From Dendrobates tinctorius (taxonomy: Eukaryota), in the NCBI RefSeq assembly GCF_039654945.1, contig NW_027362008.1, forward strand, positions 4,092,001-4,156,000: a stretch of 64,000 nucleotides of DNA, read 5' to 3'. Of the stretch, positions 1-11,885 are shown piece by piece. Position 1 is the stretch's first letter. Every line of letters begins with the position of its first letter. The notes below the pieces were generated by a model, which did no database searches, was not told the origin of the DNA, and saw nothing but the letters and a program-made list of their open reading frames with translations. The position numbers were made by a program, and so were the translations under genes.

Positions 1-1950
1 ACAAATACAGGATGATTTTGATTGACAAGAATTATTGCAGCTGGTGACAATCCTTGTGCTTTTGCTTTGCACACAATTCCTTTCAATTTGCAGGACCCTG
101 GTATAACCAGGCAGCTGATACAGCAATGGATTCACCAGTTGCCGTGACTTGTATACTGTATATATTTTTTGGAGAAAGATACTTAATTTGAACAATCCAT
201 TTCTATTACATATCAAATTATTCTTACAATTTAAAGACAATATTCTTATAGTAAGAAGAGATGTGTCTTTTACTTTTTGGAAAGCATGCAGTAAAAAATA
301 AAATCATTATGAGTCAGCACAAATTCTAATAATTTGAAAACAAAACTCTTGAGTGACTGAATATGATTGCCCTTTGTGCTCAAAAATATTTTACTGCCTG
401 AGTTCCCAATTCATAACAGATTCTGGTATAAAATGTCTCAATGTAAAGTCTCACTATCATTCTTGTGGGTGGCCAGGACTTCCAGCATCACCAGACCTCT
501 GACTTCACTGTGCCTTTGTTGGGAAAAAACTTGGCACTCATAGTAAAATCAGAGGATTTTATATTTGAATTTATTTAACATTGTCGGAGAAGAGATTTCT
601 ATTTCTACTTGGGTAGTTTCTGTCTTATGGGTACCCATGCAATGAAGCATAATGAGAGAGACAGACTGCTCGCTGTGTTTCCAAATCGTCTCTAAGGTTT
701 ATTGACAGTGTGAACTTTTATAGAACAAGATCAAAAAGAAATGAAGAATACATAAGAATTGGCAAAATAGAAAGGGAGGTTACACAATCGTTGACATAAA
801 AAGATAGGTTATACAATGAGTTGTCAACCACATCCTCGGACACAAGATAAAATTAAATGAAAAATGACAGGAATACAGGGGTGCTTTCCAAAAGTCAATG
901 TGCTCTAAGTTAATAGTCATGAGTTCATATTCAAAAGATATTTTTCTAAAAAGATGTTAGAACATTTCACCTCAAAAGGGAAGAGAATGCATGTCCTTCA
1001 GATTTTCTGGGAATTGTAGGAACTGACCATTAGCCATAGGACTGTGACCACATAGACAGATGATAACTGGATGTCACGACTAGTGACGAGTTCGCTGCCG
1101 AGCCAACACCTCCACGTCGACGACCACGACGATGTGGGGTGAGCGTCCCAAGTGGGGATGGAATGTGGACCCACTGAACCACAGGGGGGACCCAGGCCTA
1201 CCCAGACTAGGGAAGAGTAGCAACCGGGGTCTGTGGCAGCTGAGCATGTGGACGAGGAGGCAGAATGACATGACACCGCACACTTCAGGTATAGACATAA
1301 AGTTTACTTGAACAAGACATGGTACATAAACGAAACAGTTATGCAAGGCTCCCGGTTCCGCACATCAGGGAAGGGTACATGTCTCAGGATAACAGAAGAA
1401 AGGCAGGAGGTCATTACGGGTTGAGCAGTCCAGGGTTGTCTGGCATGGGTATACTAGGGCGGCCTCTTCCTCAGTCCTCAGGGGTAGCAAAGGGTCACCA
1501 GGAGAATATCAGACACCGACCACAAACAGACTTCAGAAAATGGCAGGCATTGTCTGACATTTCAATCACATCCATACACGCAGTACTTCTGTATTCTCCC
1601 GCTACCCGTATTTTATCAAAAAAGCTCTAATGCCAATGGACAAAAACATAAATCTTATCTATTTATAGAAACTCTTGGTTGGTTCACTATATCCTCTAAT
1701 TAGTGTCCTATCTGAGTACCCGGTTGCATACAAAAAAATTGAGCAATTATATTCACATATTGTCTTCACGTGATTTTCCCACTTCATTACAAACTCCCAC
1801 CCGGTTCCTTCCATTAGGTTTTTCCAAGGAGCAACTAACCAGAGAGTTTTATCTTAATCGCTGCTTTGAGCAACAAAAAGGCTGTTTATACACTGAGCAC
1901 ACATCATTTAGTCTCCATACATCAACAGAGCTGCTTTACAGTAGTACGAA

Positions 1951-2443
1951 ATGAATATGTTGAAGTGTATTTTCCTGGGCCCAACCAGTATGTGGGTACC
2001 AAGGTGTAATGGGGTGCTTAGGACTATGCAGCAGGGCAGACATTGCTGTCACTCTGTAAACAAAAGAGTAGGGGAGAACCGTATGAATATGGTGAAGTGT
2101 ATTTTTTTCCTGGGCCCATCCAGTATGTGGGTTCCAAGTGTTTAATGGGGTGCATATGACTATGGTATGAATCTCGGAAAAAAATATTTAAAGCTGTGAA
2201 CTAGGAGTCAGGAATGCTTCCAGGGGCGATCCCCATGAATTCCCCATTTCATTTGAGCAGTGTTTAAATCATTTTCAGATGTTTCTAGACCTTAAAATGA
2301 CCCCCTTGGGGGATCACAGCAAAAATGCTCGGGTTTCCCATAGACTTATATTGGGCTCGTTGTTCTGTCCGAGTACCCAAGTATTACAATTTGCTCGACC
2401 CGAACAACGAGTGCCCAAGCATTTTAGTGCTCGCTCATCACTA
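1951..2443. mobile_element. Truncated non-autonomous DNA transposon end, probably hAT-type (copies at 18115-18607, 29191-29683, 45353-45845, 62729-63221)
   Basis: Ends in ...gctcgctcatcacta (reverse complement TAGTGATGAGCGAGC, a TAG-initiated hAT-like TIR). It has subterminal ctcg/cgag repeats and an internal ~130-bp tandem duplication (1951-2028 vs 2083-2164). No partner TIR was seen and the left boundary is approximate. Confidence 0.5.
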
Positions 2444-2459
2444 ATCCCAGTACTTAAAA

Positions 2460-2873
2460 AGCGATACTCAATTCATGGAGAATAACTTCTCTGAAATTCA
2501 AATTAATTGGGAAAATCCAAACGGTTAAGCGATTTTGAATTTTGCTGATCTGACCCATGTTATAAAACAATCTTATCATATATTGTGCACGATGAATGCC
2601 GCATGAAGGGAAAAGTGAAAAACTGCTAAACTTGCTATTCTTGTTCATCTTACCTCACTAAAAAATTGAATTAAAAAAATCATGTATCCCAACGCTGTAC
2701 CAAAACAACTAGTTTTGTACCCAAAAACATGTCCTCATGCAGATCTGCATTCAGAAAAATAAAAAGCAATGACTCTCAATATGACAGCTATAAAAAACAT
2801 ATTGTGATTTTCTTGGGTATGAACATAATCATGTCAGCACACAGAATAAAGTGAACAAGTCAATTATACTGCT
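2460..2873. repeat. Left arm of a ~410-bp inverted repeat; the partner is 9211-9591 plus 11894-11925, split by CR1-B
   Basis: The reverse complement of 2460-2873 aligns with 9211-9591 and resumes after CR1-B (…cagagaagttattctccatgaattgagtatcgct), roughly 90% identical by eye. Confidence 0.9.
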
Positions 2874-4035
2874 TACGTTTGAAAATCCACCAGGCTTCCC
2901 TATTTTGTAATGTAACCTCCGTATCACCCCCTCTGATGGGTGTGTGTATTTTTTCAATTGCATACACCAGAAGTGTTTTCAGGTCATCTTTATGACATTC
3001 AATAAAATGTTTTGACACCTGAGATGTGTTCCTCTCCATGTTAATATTCTCTGTGTCATAGATGTGTTCCCCAATTCTTTTCTTCAGCTTGCGTTTTGTG
3101 CTTCCAACACATTTTAGATGGCAGAAGGTGCACTCCATAATATATACCAAGGTTTTAGTGCTACAATTGATAAAGGTTTTAGTAGCAAAATTCTTGCTTT
3201 CACTAGAATCTCCAAAGCTAGAGCTCTCTTTAGTGTATTTACAGGACTTAGCGCCACACTTATAAAAACCCTTGGTTTTCTGCCAATTTGTGGATTGAAT
3301 TTGAGACATATTCAAAAAACTTGGCAAAAGGCTCTGACCTAAAGATGGTGCTCTCCTAGAGTCTATTCTAAATCCTTTCCCTATAATACTATCTATATCT
3401 GGATCCTCTTTTAATACAGATAAATTATTTTGAATAATTCGTTCAATAGAGGCAAACTGGTTACTACACTGCGAGACCAATGTTACAGGAGTGACTGAAT
3501 GTTCATGTGTGTTACACTTAGGTTTGAATCGCGGTTTTTCAGCCACAATGTTTTCAGCTTTGCTTAAACTCCATTGGGTATAACCCCTTTGGGTCAATCA
3601 CTGCTTAATGTTAGAAACTTCCTGTTGATAATCTGTATTTGTGCTACAATTGCATTTCGCTCTCGTCATCCCCCCAACAGGTATACTTTTAATTGTATGT
3701 TTAGGATGATGGCTTTTTCCATGGAGTATAGCATTGCCTGCTGTGTTCTTTCTAAATTTTTGTGTTACTACAGGTTTACCTGAAATTCCTTGTAAAATCA
3801 AATAAAAAAAATCAATGCATGAAATTTTATGGCGGACCACAAATTTTAAATTCAAGGGATTGCAATTAATATAAAAATTAAAATCCTGTATGGCAGATAC
3901 ATCAGAATTCCAGGTGATAATGATATCATCTATGTATCTGCCTTACCAATAGACACAATCTTTAAATGGATTATTTACAGTATAAATATACAGCTCTTCC
4001 CACCAGCTCATTACCAAGTGAAATTAGCAAGTGAA
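2874..4035 (-). mobile_element. Decayed, 5'-truncated Penelope-like retroelement (RT C-terminus, Cys-rich linker, GIY-YIG endonuclease; Neptune-like)
   Basis: Motifs are SLAN..MSWWEE, RYIDDII, NAILHGKSHHPKH, the linker KGFYKCG..CK, and the GIY-YIG region LVYIMEC..CHLK(C/H)VGST.R.LK.RI.EH…REAWWI. There are in-frame stops (e.g. 3598-3600), and the C-terminus is cut at the inverted-repeat arm. Confidence 0.88.
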
Positions 4036-4046
4036 GTTGTCAAGCT

Positions 4047-4390
4047 ATCCACTATATGACCAAGATGAAAATCTTTCTTTGCAATTGCGGCTTGTTCCCA
4101 GTCAACTTACGTGCATCGTTATATTTTACTTTTGGTTATGTGTGTTTTTCCATGCGTTATTCATCCTGTTTTGAATGTGAATGTTTTTTCTTTGTCATCT
4201 AGGAATATTTAACACCATCCACTATATGATTAAGATATAAAGTATTTTTCGCAATTGCGGCTTGTTCCTCGCTAGTTTATGTGGATTGTTATGCAGGAGC
4301 ATATTGCTATCTGTGTTTTTTTATGCGATGTACATCTGGTTTTGAATTAAATTGTTTTCATTTTTGCTTTCACCTAGGTACTTTTACCCT
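4047..4390 (+). repeat. Diverged 2-copy tandem repeat, period 170 bp
   Basis: atccactatatga…gcaattgcggcttgttcc occurs at 4047 and 4217, and is present in U1-U4. Confidence 0.8.
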
Positions 4391-4496
4391 CCTCCGCTGA
4401 AATTGTGTTTTTAGATCTGTGTCTCTTACTATTACTCTATGACACTCAGTGTATGATAGAGAGAAATGTATTTTTCTTCTTTCTATGATTGTTATT

Positions 4497-7400
4497 GAAT
4501 CATAGAATCATAGAATCATAGAATCATAGAATCGTAGAGTTGGAAGGGACCTCCTGGGCCATCTGGTCCAACCCCCTGCTCAAAGCAGGATTCGCTAAAT
4601 CATCCCAGTCAGATGTCTGTCCAGCCTCTGTTTGAAGACTTCCATTGAAGGAGAACTCACCACTTCTCGTGGCAGCCTGTTCCACTCATTGATCACTCTA
4701 ACTGTCAAAAAGTTTTTTCTAATATCTAATCTGTGTCTCTTCCCATTCAGTTTCATCCCATTGCTTCTAGTCTTTCCTTGTGCAAATGAGAATAAAGTTG
4801 ATCCTTCTACAATGTGACAGCCCTTTAGATATTTGTAGACAGCTATTAAGTCTCCTCTCAGTCTTCTCTTTTGCAAACTAAACATTCCCAAATCCTGCAA
4901 CCTTTCCTCATAAGACAGGGATTGCAGACCGGTCACCATTCTGGTCGCTCTTTTCTGAACTTGCTCCAGTTTGTTGATGTCTTTTTTAAAATGTGGTGCC
5001 CAAAACTGGACACAATATTCCAGATGAGGTCTGACCAAAGAGGAGTAGAGGGAAATAATGACTTCACGTGATCTAGACTGTATGCTTCTGTTAATACATC
5101 CTAGAATTGCATTTGCCTTTTTTGCTGCTGCATCACACTGTTGACTCATTTTCAGTCTGTGATCTATTAGTATACCCAAGTCTTTTTCACATGTGCTGTC
5201 ACTTAGCCCTATTCCTCCCATTCTATATATGCTTTTTTCATTTTTATTGCCCAGATGTAGTACTTTGCATTTCTCCCTGTTAAAAACCATTCTGTTAGTT
5301 GCTGCCCACTTCTCCAGTTTATTTAAATCTTTTTGAATCCTCTCTCTCTCTTCTCTAGTATTAGCTATCCCTCCTAGCTTTGTGTCATCAGCAAATTTAA
5401 TCAGTTTACCCTCAATTCCTTCATCTAAATCGTTGATAAAGATGTTGAACAATACAGGGCCCAGGACAGAGCCCTGTGGTACCCCACATGAGACATTCTT
5501 CCAACTGGATGTGCAGCCATTTACGACCACTCTTTGGGTCCGATCACTAAGCCAGTTATGAATCCACCTAACAGTTGCCTTGTCCATTCCATACTTAGTC
5601 ATTTTTTCAATAAGGATTGTATGAGAGACTTTGTCAAATGCTTTGCTGAAGTCAAGATATACTATATCTACAGCATTTCCTTGATCCACCCAATCAGTGA
5701 TACCGTCATAGAAGGAAATTAAGTTAGTCTGACATGACTTATTAGTTAGAAACCCATGCTGACTCTGTTTAATCACTTCATTCTTATCCAGGTATTGACA
5801 TACAAGTTGTTTAATAATTTGTTCAAAGATCTTTCCTGGTATAGAAGTCAGACTCACCAGCCTATAGTTGCCTGGGTCCACCTTCTTCCCCTTTTTGAAG
5901 ATAGGAACAACATTTGCTCTTCTCCAGTCTTCTGGCACTTCTCCTGTTCTCCAAGAATTTTCAAAGATTATGGAGAGGGGTTCAAAAATTTCTTCTGCTA
6001 TCTCCTTCAGTACTCTGGGTTGTAATTCATCTGGACCTGGAGACTTGAATTCATTTAGGTTAGCTAACTGTTTCCTCACTATCTTTCTGTTTATAGATAT
6101 CCTGGATTCTTCTATTCCCTTAATAGGACAGTGAATAACAGTTGATGTTGCATTTCCTTTCTGAGAGAAAGCAGATGCAAAATAGGAATTTAAAAGTTCA
6201 GCCTTCTCAACATCCTGTCTTACCATTTCATCATTTTCATCCTGTAAAAATCCTATAGCATCTTTGACTTTTCTTTTACTTTTGACATATCCCCAAATTC
6301 CTTTATTATTGCTTTTGACATCTCTTGCAAGCCTCAGTTCATTTTCAGCTTTAGCTAATCTGATTTGTGCCCTGCAGGTTCTGCAGACAGCATTATATTC
6401 TTCTTTAGATATGCCTCCCTCTTTCCATTTTATAAACATTTTTTTCTTCCTTTTAGCATGTGCTTAAGTTCTGTGTTCATCCATCCTGGTTTCCTTAAAT
6501 GCTTCCTATTCTTCCCTCTTTTTGGAATTGTTAACAACTGTGCTTTGAGAATTTCATTTTTCAAGATTTCCCATCCTTCCTGGACATTTTTGTCTTTAAG
6601 GATATCCAGCCATTGGATCCCTCCAATTCTCTTTCTGAATCCCTTAAAATCTGCCTTTCTGAAATCTAACCTTGACGTCTGAGTCTTCACAGGTCTTCCA
6701 CCTCTAGTAATCCAAAATTCTAAAATAGCATGGTCGCTACCTCCTAGGGTCCCAGCCACTTTTACCTCCTCAACCATTTCCTCCCTGTTTATAAGGATTA
6801 GATCCAAGGTAGCAGTTCCCCTTGTTTTCTCCCTTACCTTTTGGAAGATAAAGTTGTCAGCAAGAGAGGATAAGAATTTCCTTGACCTGTTAGTTTTGCC
6901 TGAGAGAGATTCCCAACAAATGTCTGGATAGTTGAAATCTCCCATGACAACTATGTCATATTTTTTGGAGAACTTGGCCATCTGATGCATAAAGAGTTCA
7001 TCTATATCTTTGGCTTGCACAGGCGGCCTGTAGTAAATGCCTACAATGGTGTCCTTTCCATTGTTCTGTCCTTGTATTCTTACGCAAACAGTTTCCACAG
7101 AACTCCCAGTCTCTGAAGCTTCAATCTCTGTGCAGATATACGCGTTTCGAACATACAATGCGACACCCCCTCCTCGTTTATCAAGTCTGTTTCTTGCAAA
7201 TAAGTTGTATCCTTCTAGTCTTGTATTCCAATCATGTGTATTGTCCCACCAAGTTTCAGTGATTCCAATTACATCATATTTCTGTTCCTGTGTTAGTAGT
7301 TCCAATTCTCCTTGTTTGTTGCCCATGCTTTGTGCATTAGTATAGAAACATTTTAGTTTGTGATTGGTTTCTCTTTCTCCAATATTTTTATTAATTAGAT

Positions 7401-7513
7401 TCTTTCGTCTTTGTTCTTCCTTTCCACTTCTAATAGAAGAGTTCTCAATAGCATTTGTCAGGTGTATGGCTTTTTCTGGTCTTTTGCTTCCCTTCCCATG
7501 TTGTTCTTGAGAA
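4497..7513 (-). mobile_element. CR1 LINE copy A (ORF2 with APE endonuclease and RT; one frameshift near 6440-6455)
   Basis: The 3' tail (ATTCTATG)n is at 4497-4536. APE motifs: YTNAQS, ITETWW, GGGVALYV, MGDFN, SDH. RT motifs: [23 protein letters not shown]. The 5' boundary is approximate. Confidence 0.95.
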
Positions 7514-7549
7514 ATTGAGAATAATATAATAGAAAAAATGTCTTTGTAA

Positions 7550-7929
7550 GGCTGTGTGCCCACATTGCGCTTTTTCAGAGTTTCTGTGGTGATTTTAAAC
7601 AAGTGATTCTGCCGCTGAAATGCTTAAGAAAATCATTCCATGTTATCATAATTGATTCCGCACATGTTGTGCTAATGGTGCGTATTTTACCGCTGCGGAA
7701 TTGCTTAGCGGTAAAAAACACAGCATGTTCATTAATTTTGTGGAATCGCATGCGATTATGCATACATACACTTGTATTGCAAAAGCGCATAGGAAACCGC
7801 ATGTTAAAACATATGACAAATGCATCAAAATTGCTAAAATCTTCAAAACTGCATGCGTTTTTCCAGCTAAGGGTGTGCGTTTCTCCTCAGGAATATTCTA
7901 CTTCAAAACTGCAATGTGGGCACATAGCC
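7550..7929. mobile_element. PIF/Harbinger-type MITE, 380 bp (copies at 34788-35167 and 50950-51329)
   Basis: 19-bp TIRs GGCTGTGTGCCCACATTGC / GCAATGTGGGCACATAGCC with 1 mismatch, flanked by TAA and TGA (imperfect 3-bp TSD). No coding capacity. Confidence 0.8.
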
Positions 7930-8334
7930 TGAAAGTGGCTTTTCTATCCTCTAGTCTGAGTAGATGGCTGTAATTTTTCATTCTGACGTTTGATCCATCA
8001 TATGATTTTCACTCTGTTCCAGAGTGAAATTGTATTTTCCTCTTTGGTTGTTTTGTAAAAACTCAACATCAATTTTTACAATTATGGTTCTTTCATTTGC
8101 TCCCTTATATAAATGTATATTTCTCTACTTCTGTACTGTGGCTGCTAAGAAGAATTTACAATATACTGCGTTTGTTCTGCGCAATTGAAATACATTCTCG
8201 CCTTTATGCCATGTGGAAATCACATTCCTGATTTTAGCCATGTATGTCATCACTTGTAATTCATTTACGTTAATTAGATATGTTACTTGTCTTTCACTAG
8301 TGTTCAGCATATTAGTGCTTTCTCGAACAATGCC

Positions 8335-8382
8335 TGTTATCATGACTAAGGGTGCTGAGACACCTGAAACGCATTGATAACA
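8335..8382 (+). ncRNA. Minimal type-I hammerhead ribozyme-like motif (degenerate core) in a Penelope-type tail
   Basis: Stem I TGTTATC/GATAACA, core ATGACTA (canonical CUGANGA), stem II GGGTG/CACCT, then GAAAC-GC-ATT. An AATAAA lies ~50 nt downstream. Confidence 0.6.
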
Positions 8383-9591
8383 CAATCTTATGTACCATTC
8401 ATGCTGATATTTTATCTATTCACATCTGAGTGAATAAAGAATTTGTGTTTTCACTTCTGGATCATGGCTTTTTTGTTACATTAGCCATACCTTTCTTTTC
8501 TGGGCAATATAGATGTAAAAGTGTTTTTTAAGTATCAGTTATATTTGTCAATACACTTTTTAAGTGGAACTTATTAGCATGATTTTATAAGCACTTTTTT
8601 GCAAGAGAAATAAAGAAAACAGTAATTTTAACATTTATTTGTAGTTTAAAGTTTGTGTTATCTGATTTGCTGAAAAAATAAAGCAGTAACTGCATTCAGT
8701 AGGTCAGTACTAATATGGTGCTGGTAAATTTGTATAATCTTAATTGTTTTTTATGTTTTGTACAATATACACTTTAAAAAAAACCCATTTTTATACTGTT
8801 TTACAATTTTTTGTTAGTGGCGTGGTATGAAGATTTATTTTTGCCTGAAAATCTGTAGCTTTTGTTGTTAACAGTTTGTTGTACATGCAACTTTTTGATC
8901 ACTTTTACATTATTTAGGAGGCAAAATGAAAGAAAAACACGTAAATTCTGAATTTGTTTTAATATTTTTTTAAACCCCAGTCACTGTTGGGTATAACTGT
9001 CATGGTATCTTTATTTGGTGGACGATATCATCACCATATTCTCATAAACTTCACTTATTTATTTTTCGGTTTATTGTAGGTGACGCTGATTGAGGCTTTG
9101 TTTTTGGTTATATATGCCTTTCTAGTTATTATTTATCTCATTGTTTTGCTGGGAAGCAGAAACAAACAGCTATGAATTGGAAATAGTTGTTATTTTTATG
9201 GAGTTCGTCCAGCAGTATAATTGACATGATTACTTTATTCTGTGTGCTGATATGATTATGTTCATATCTAAGAAAATCACAATACATTTTTTATAGCTGT
9301 CACATTGTGAGTCAATGCTTTGTATTTTTCTGACTGCAGATCTGTATGAGGACATGTTTTTGGGTAACAAACTAGTTATTTTGGTATAGCATCGGGATAC
9401 ATGATTTTTTAATTCAGTTTTTTAGTGAGGTAAGATGAACAAGAATAGCAAGTTTAGCAGTTTCTCACTTTTCCCCTCATACGGCATTGATCATGCACAA
9501 TAAATGATAAGATTGTTTTATAACATGGGTCAGATCAGCAAAATTCAAAATCGCTTAACTGTTTGGATTTTCCCAATTAATTTGATTTTCA

Positions 9592-11885
9592 TAGAATCAT
9601 AGAATCATAGAATCATAGAATCGTAGAGTTGGAAGGGACCTCCTGGGCCATCTGGTCCAACCCCCTGCTCAAAGCAGGATTCGCTAAATCATCCCTGTTA
9701 GATGTCTGTCCAGCCTCTGTTTGAAGACTTCCATTGAAGGAGAACTCACCACTTCTCGTGGCAGCCTGTTCCACTCATTGATCACTCTAACTGTCAAAAA
9801 GTTTTTTCTAATATCTAATCTGTGTCTCCTCCCATTCAGCTTCATCCCATTGCTTCTAGTCTTTCCTTGTGCAAATGAGAATAAAGTTGATCCTTCTACA
9901 ATGTGACAGCCCTTTAGATATTTGTAGACAGCTATTAAGTCTCCTCTCAGTCTTCTCTTTTGCAAACTAAACATTCCCAAATCCTGCAACCTTTCCTCAT
10001 AAGACAGGGTTTGCAGACCGGTCACCATTCTGGTCGCTCTTTTCTGAACTTGCTCCAGTTTGTTGATGTCTTTTTTAAAATGTGGTGCCCAAAATTGGAC
10101 ACAATATTCCAGATGAGGTCTGACCAAAGAGGAGTAGAGGGAAATAATTACTTCACGTGATCTAGACTGTATGCTTCTGTTAATACATCCTAGAATTGCA
10201 TTTGCCTTTTTTGCTGCTGCATCACACTGTTGACTCATATTCAGTCTGTGATCTATTAGTATACCCAAGTCTTTTTCACATGTGCTGTCACTTAGCCCTA
10301 TTCCTCCCATTCTATATATGCTTTTTTCATTTTTATTGCCCAGATGTAGTACTTTGCATTTCTCCCTGTTAAAAACCATTCTGTTAGTTGCTGCCCACTT
10401 CTCCAGTTTATTTAAATCTTTTTGAATCCTCTCTCTCTCTTCTCTAGTATTAGCTATCTCTCCTAGCTTTGTGTCATCAGCAAATTTAATCAGTTTACCC
10501 TCAATTCCTTCATCTAAATCGTTGATAAAGATGTTGAACAATACAGGGCCCAGGACAGAGCCCTGTGGTACCCCACTTGAGACATTCTTCCAACTGGATG
10601 TGCAGCCATTTACGACCACTCTTTGGGTCCGATCACTAAGCCAGTTATGAATCCACCTAACAGTTGCCTTGTCCATTCCATACTTAGTCATTTTTTCAAT
10701 AAGGATTGTATGAGAGACTTTGTCAAATGCTTTGCTGAAGTCAAGATATACTATATCTACAGCATTTCCTTGATCCACCCAATCAGTGATACCGTCATAG
10801 AAGGAAATTAAATTAGTCTGACATGACTTATTATTTACAAACCCATGCTGACTCTGTTTAATCACTTCATTCTTATCCAAGTATTGACATACATGTTGTT
10901 TAATAATTTGTTCAAAGATCTTTCCTGGTATAGAAGTCAGACTCACCGGCCTATAGTTGCCTGGGTCCACCTTCTTCCCCTTTTTGAAGATAGGAACAAC
11001 ATTTGCTCTTCTCCAGTCTTCTGGCACTTCTCCTGTTCTCCAAGAATTTTCAAAGATTATGGAGAGGGGTTCAAAAATTTCTTCTGCTATCTCCTTCAGT
11101 ACTCTGGGGTGTAATTCATCTGGACCTGGAGACTTGAATTCATTTAGGTTAGCTAAGTGTTTCCTCACTATCTTTCTGTTTATAGATATCCTGGATTCTT
11201 CTATTCCCTTAATAGGACAGTGAATAACAGTTGATGTTACATTTCCTTTCTGAGAGAAAACAGATGCAAAATAGGAATTTAAAAGTTCAGCCTTCTCAAC
11301 ATCCTGTCTTACCATTTCATCATTTTCATCCTGTAAAAATCCTATAGCATCTTTGACTTTTCTTTTACTTTTGACATATCCCCAAAATCCTTTATTATTG
11401 CTTTTGACATCTCTTGCAAGTCTCAATTCATTTTCAGCTTTAGCTAATCTGATTTGTGCCCTGCAGGTTCTGCAGACAGCATTATATTCTTCTTTAGATA
11501 TGCCTCCCTCTTTCCATTTTATAAACATTTTTTTCTTCCTTTTTAGCATGTGCTTAAGTTCTGTGTTCATCCATCCTGGTTTCCTTAAATGCTTCCTATT
11601 CTTCCCTCTTTTCGGAATTGTTAACAACTGTGCTTTGAGAATTTCATTTTTCAAGATTTCCCATCCTTCCTGGACATTTTTGTCTTTAAGGATATCCAGC
11701 CATTGGATCCCTCCAATTCTCTTTCTGAATCCCTTAAAATCTGCCTTTCTGAAATCTAACGTTGACGTCTGAGTCTTCACAGGTCTTCCGCCTCTAGTTA
11801 TCCAAAATTCTAAAATAGCATGGTCGCTACCTCCTAGGGTCCCAGCCACTTTTACCTCCTCAACCATTTCCTCCCTGTTTATAAG
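9592..11885 (-). mobile_element. CR1 LINE copy B, 5'-truncated, with an open 727-aa ORF2 remainder (9684-11867)
   Basis: Octamer tail and RT motifs. An 8-bp TSD GATTTTCA sits at 9584-9591 and 11886-11893. Confidence 0.96.

Noticed and set aside
640-960. Possible minus-strand LTR remnant (TATAAAAG 722-715 followed by AATAAA 703-698)
   Set aside because: No definable termini or TSD, and the motifs are too short to support a call.
998-2648. Small ORFs of 64-103 aa conserved across units
   Set aside because: No recognisable domains or splice structure; they lie in repeat-derived DNA, and conservation is explained by recent duplication.
4497-4536. (GAATCATA)n as a CRISPR-like or telomeric repeat
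   Set aside because: It is the standard CR1 3' octamer tail (ATTCTATG)n on the minus strand, with no spacers.
4632-7345. Many short + strand ORFs inside the CR1 copies (repeated in every unit)
   Set aside because: They are antisense shadows of CR1 ORF2 with no independent motifs; recurrence only reflects the tandem duplication.
7360-7602. N-terminal extension (MFKITTETL…) of the 390-aa CR1 ORF as a novel fusion
   Set aside because: The start lies inside the MITE and flank, so the open frame is fortuitous, and the ORF is frameshifted downstream.
8540-9210. AT-rich segment resembling the internal repeats of frog non-autonomous DNA transposons
   Set aside because: It is probably repeat-derived, but too degenerate to assign a family or boundaries without a library search.
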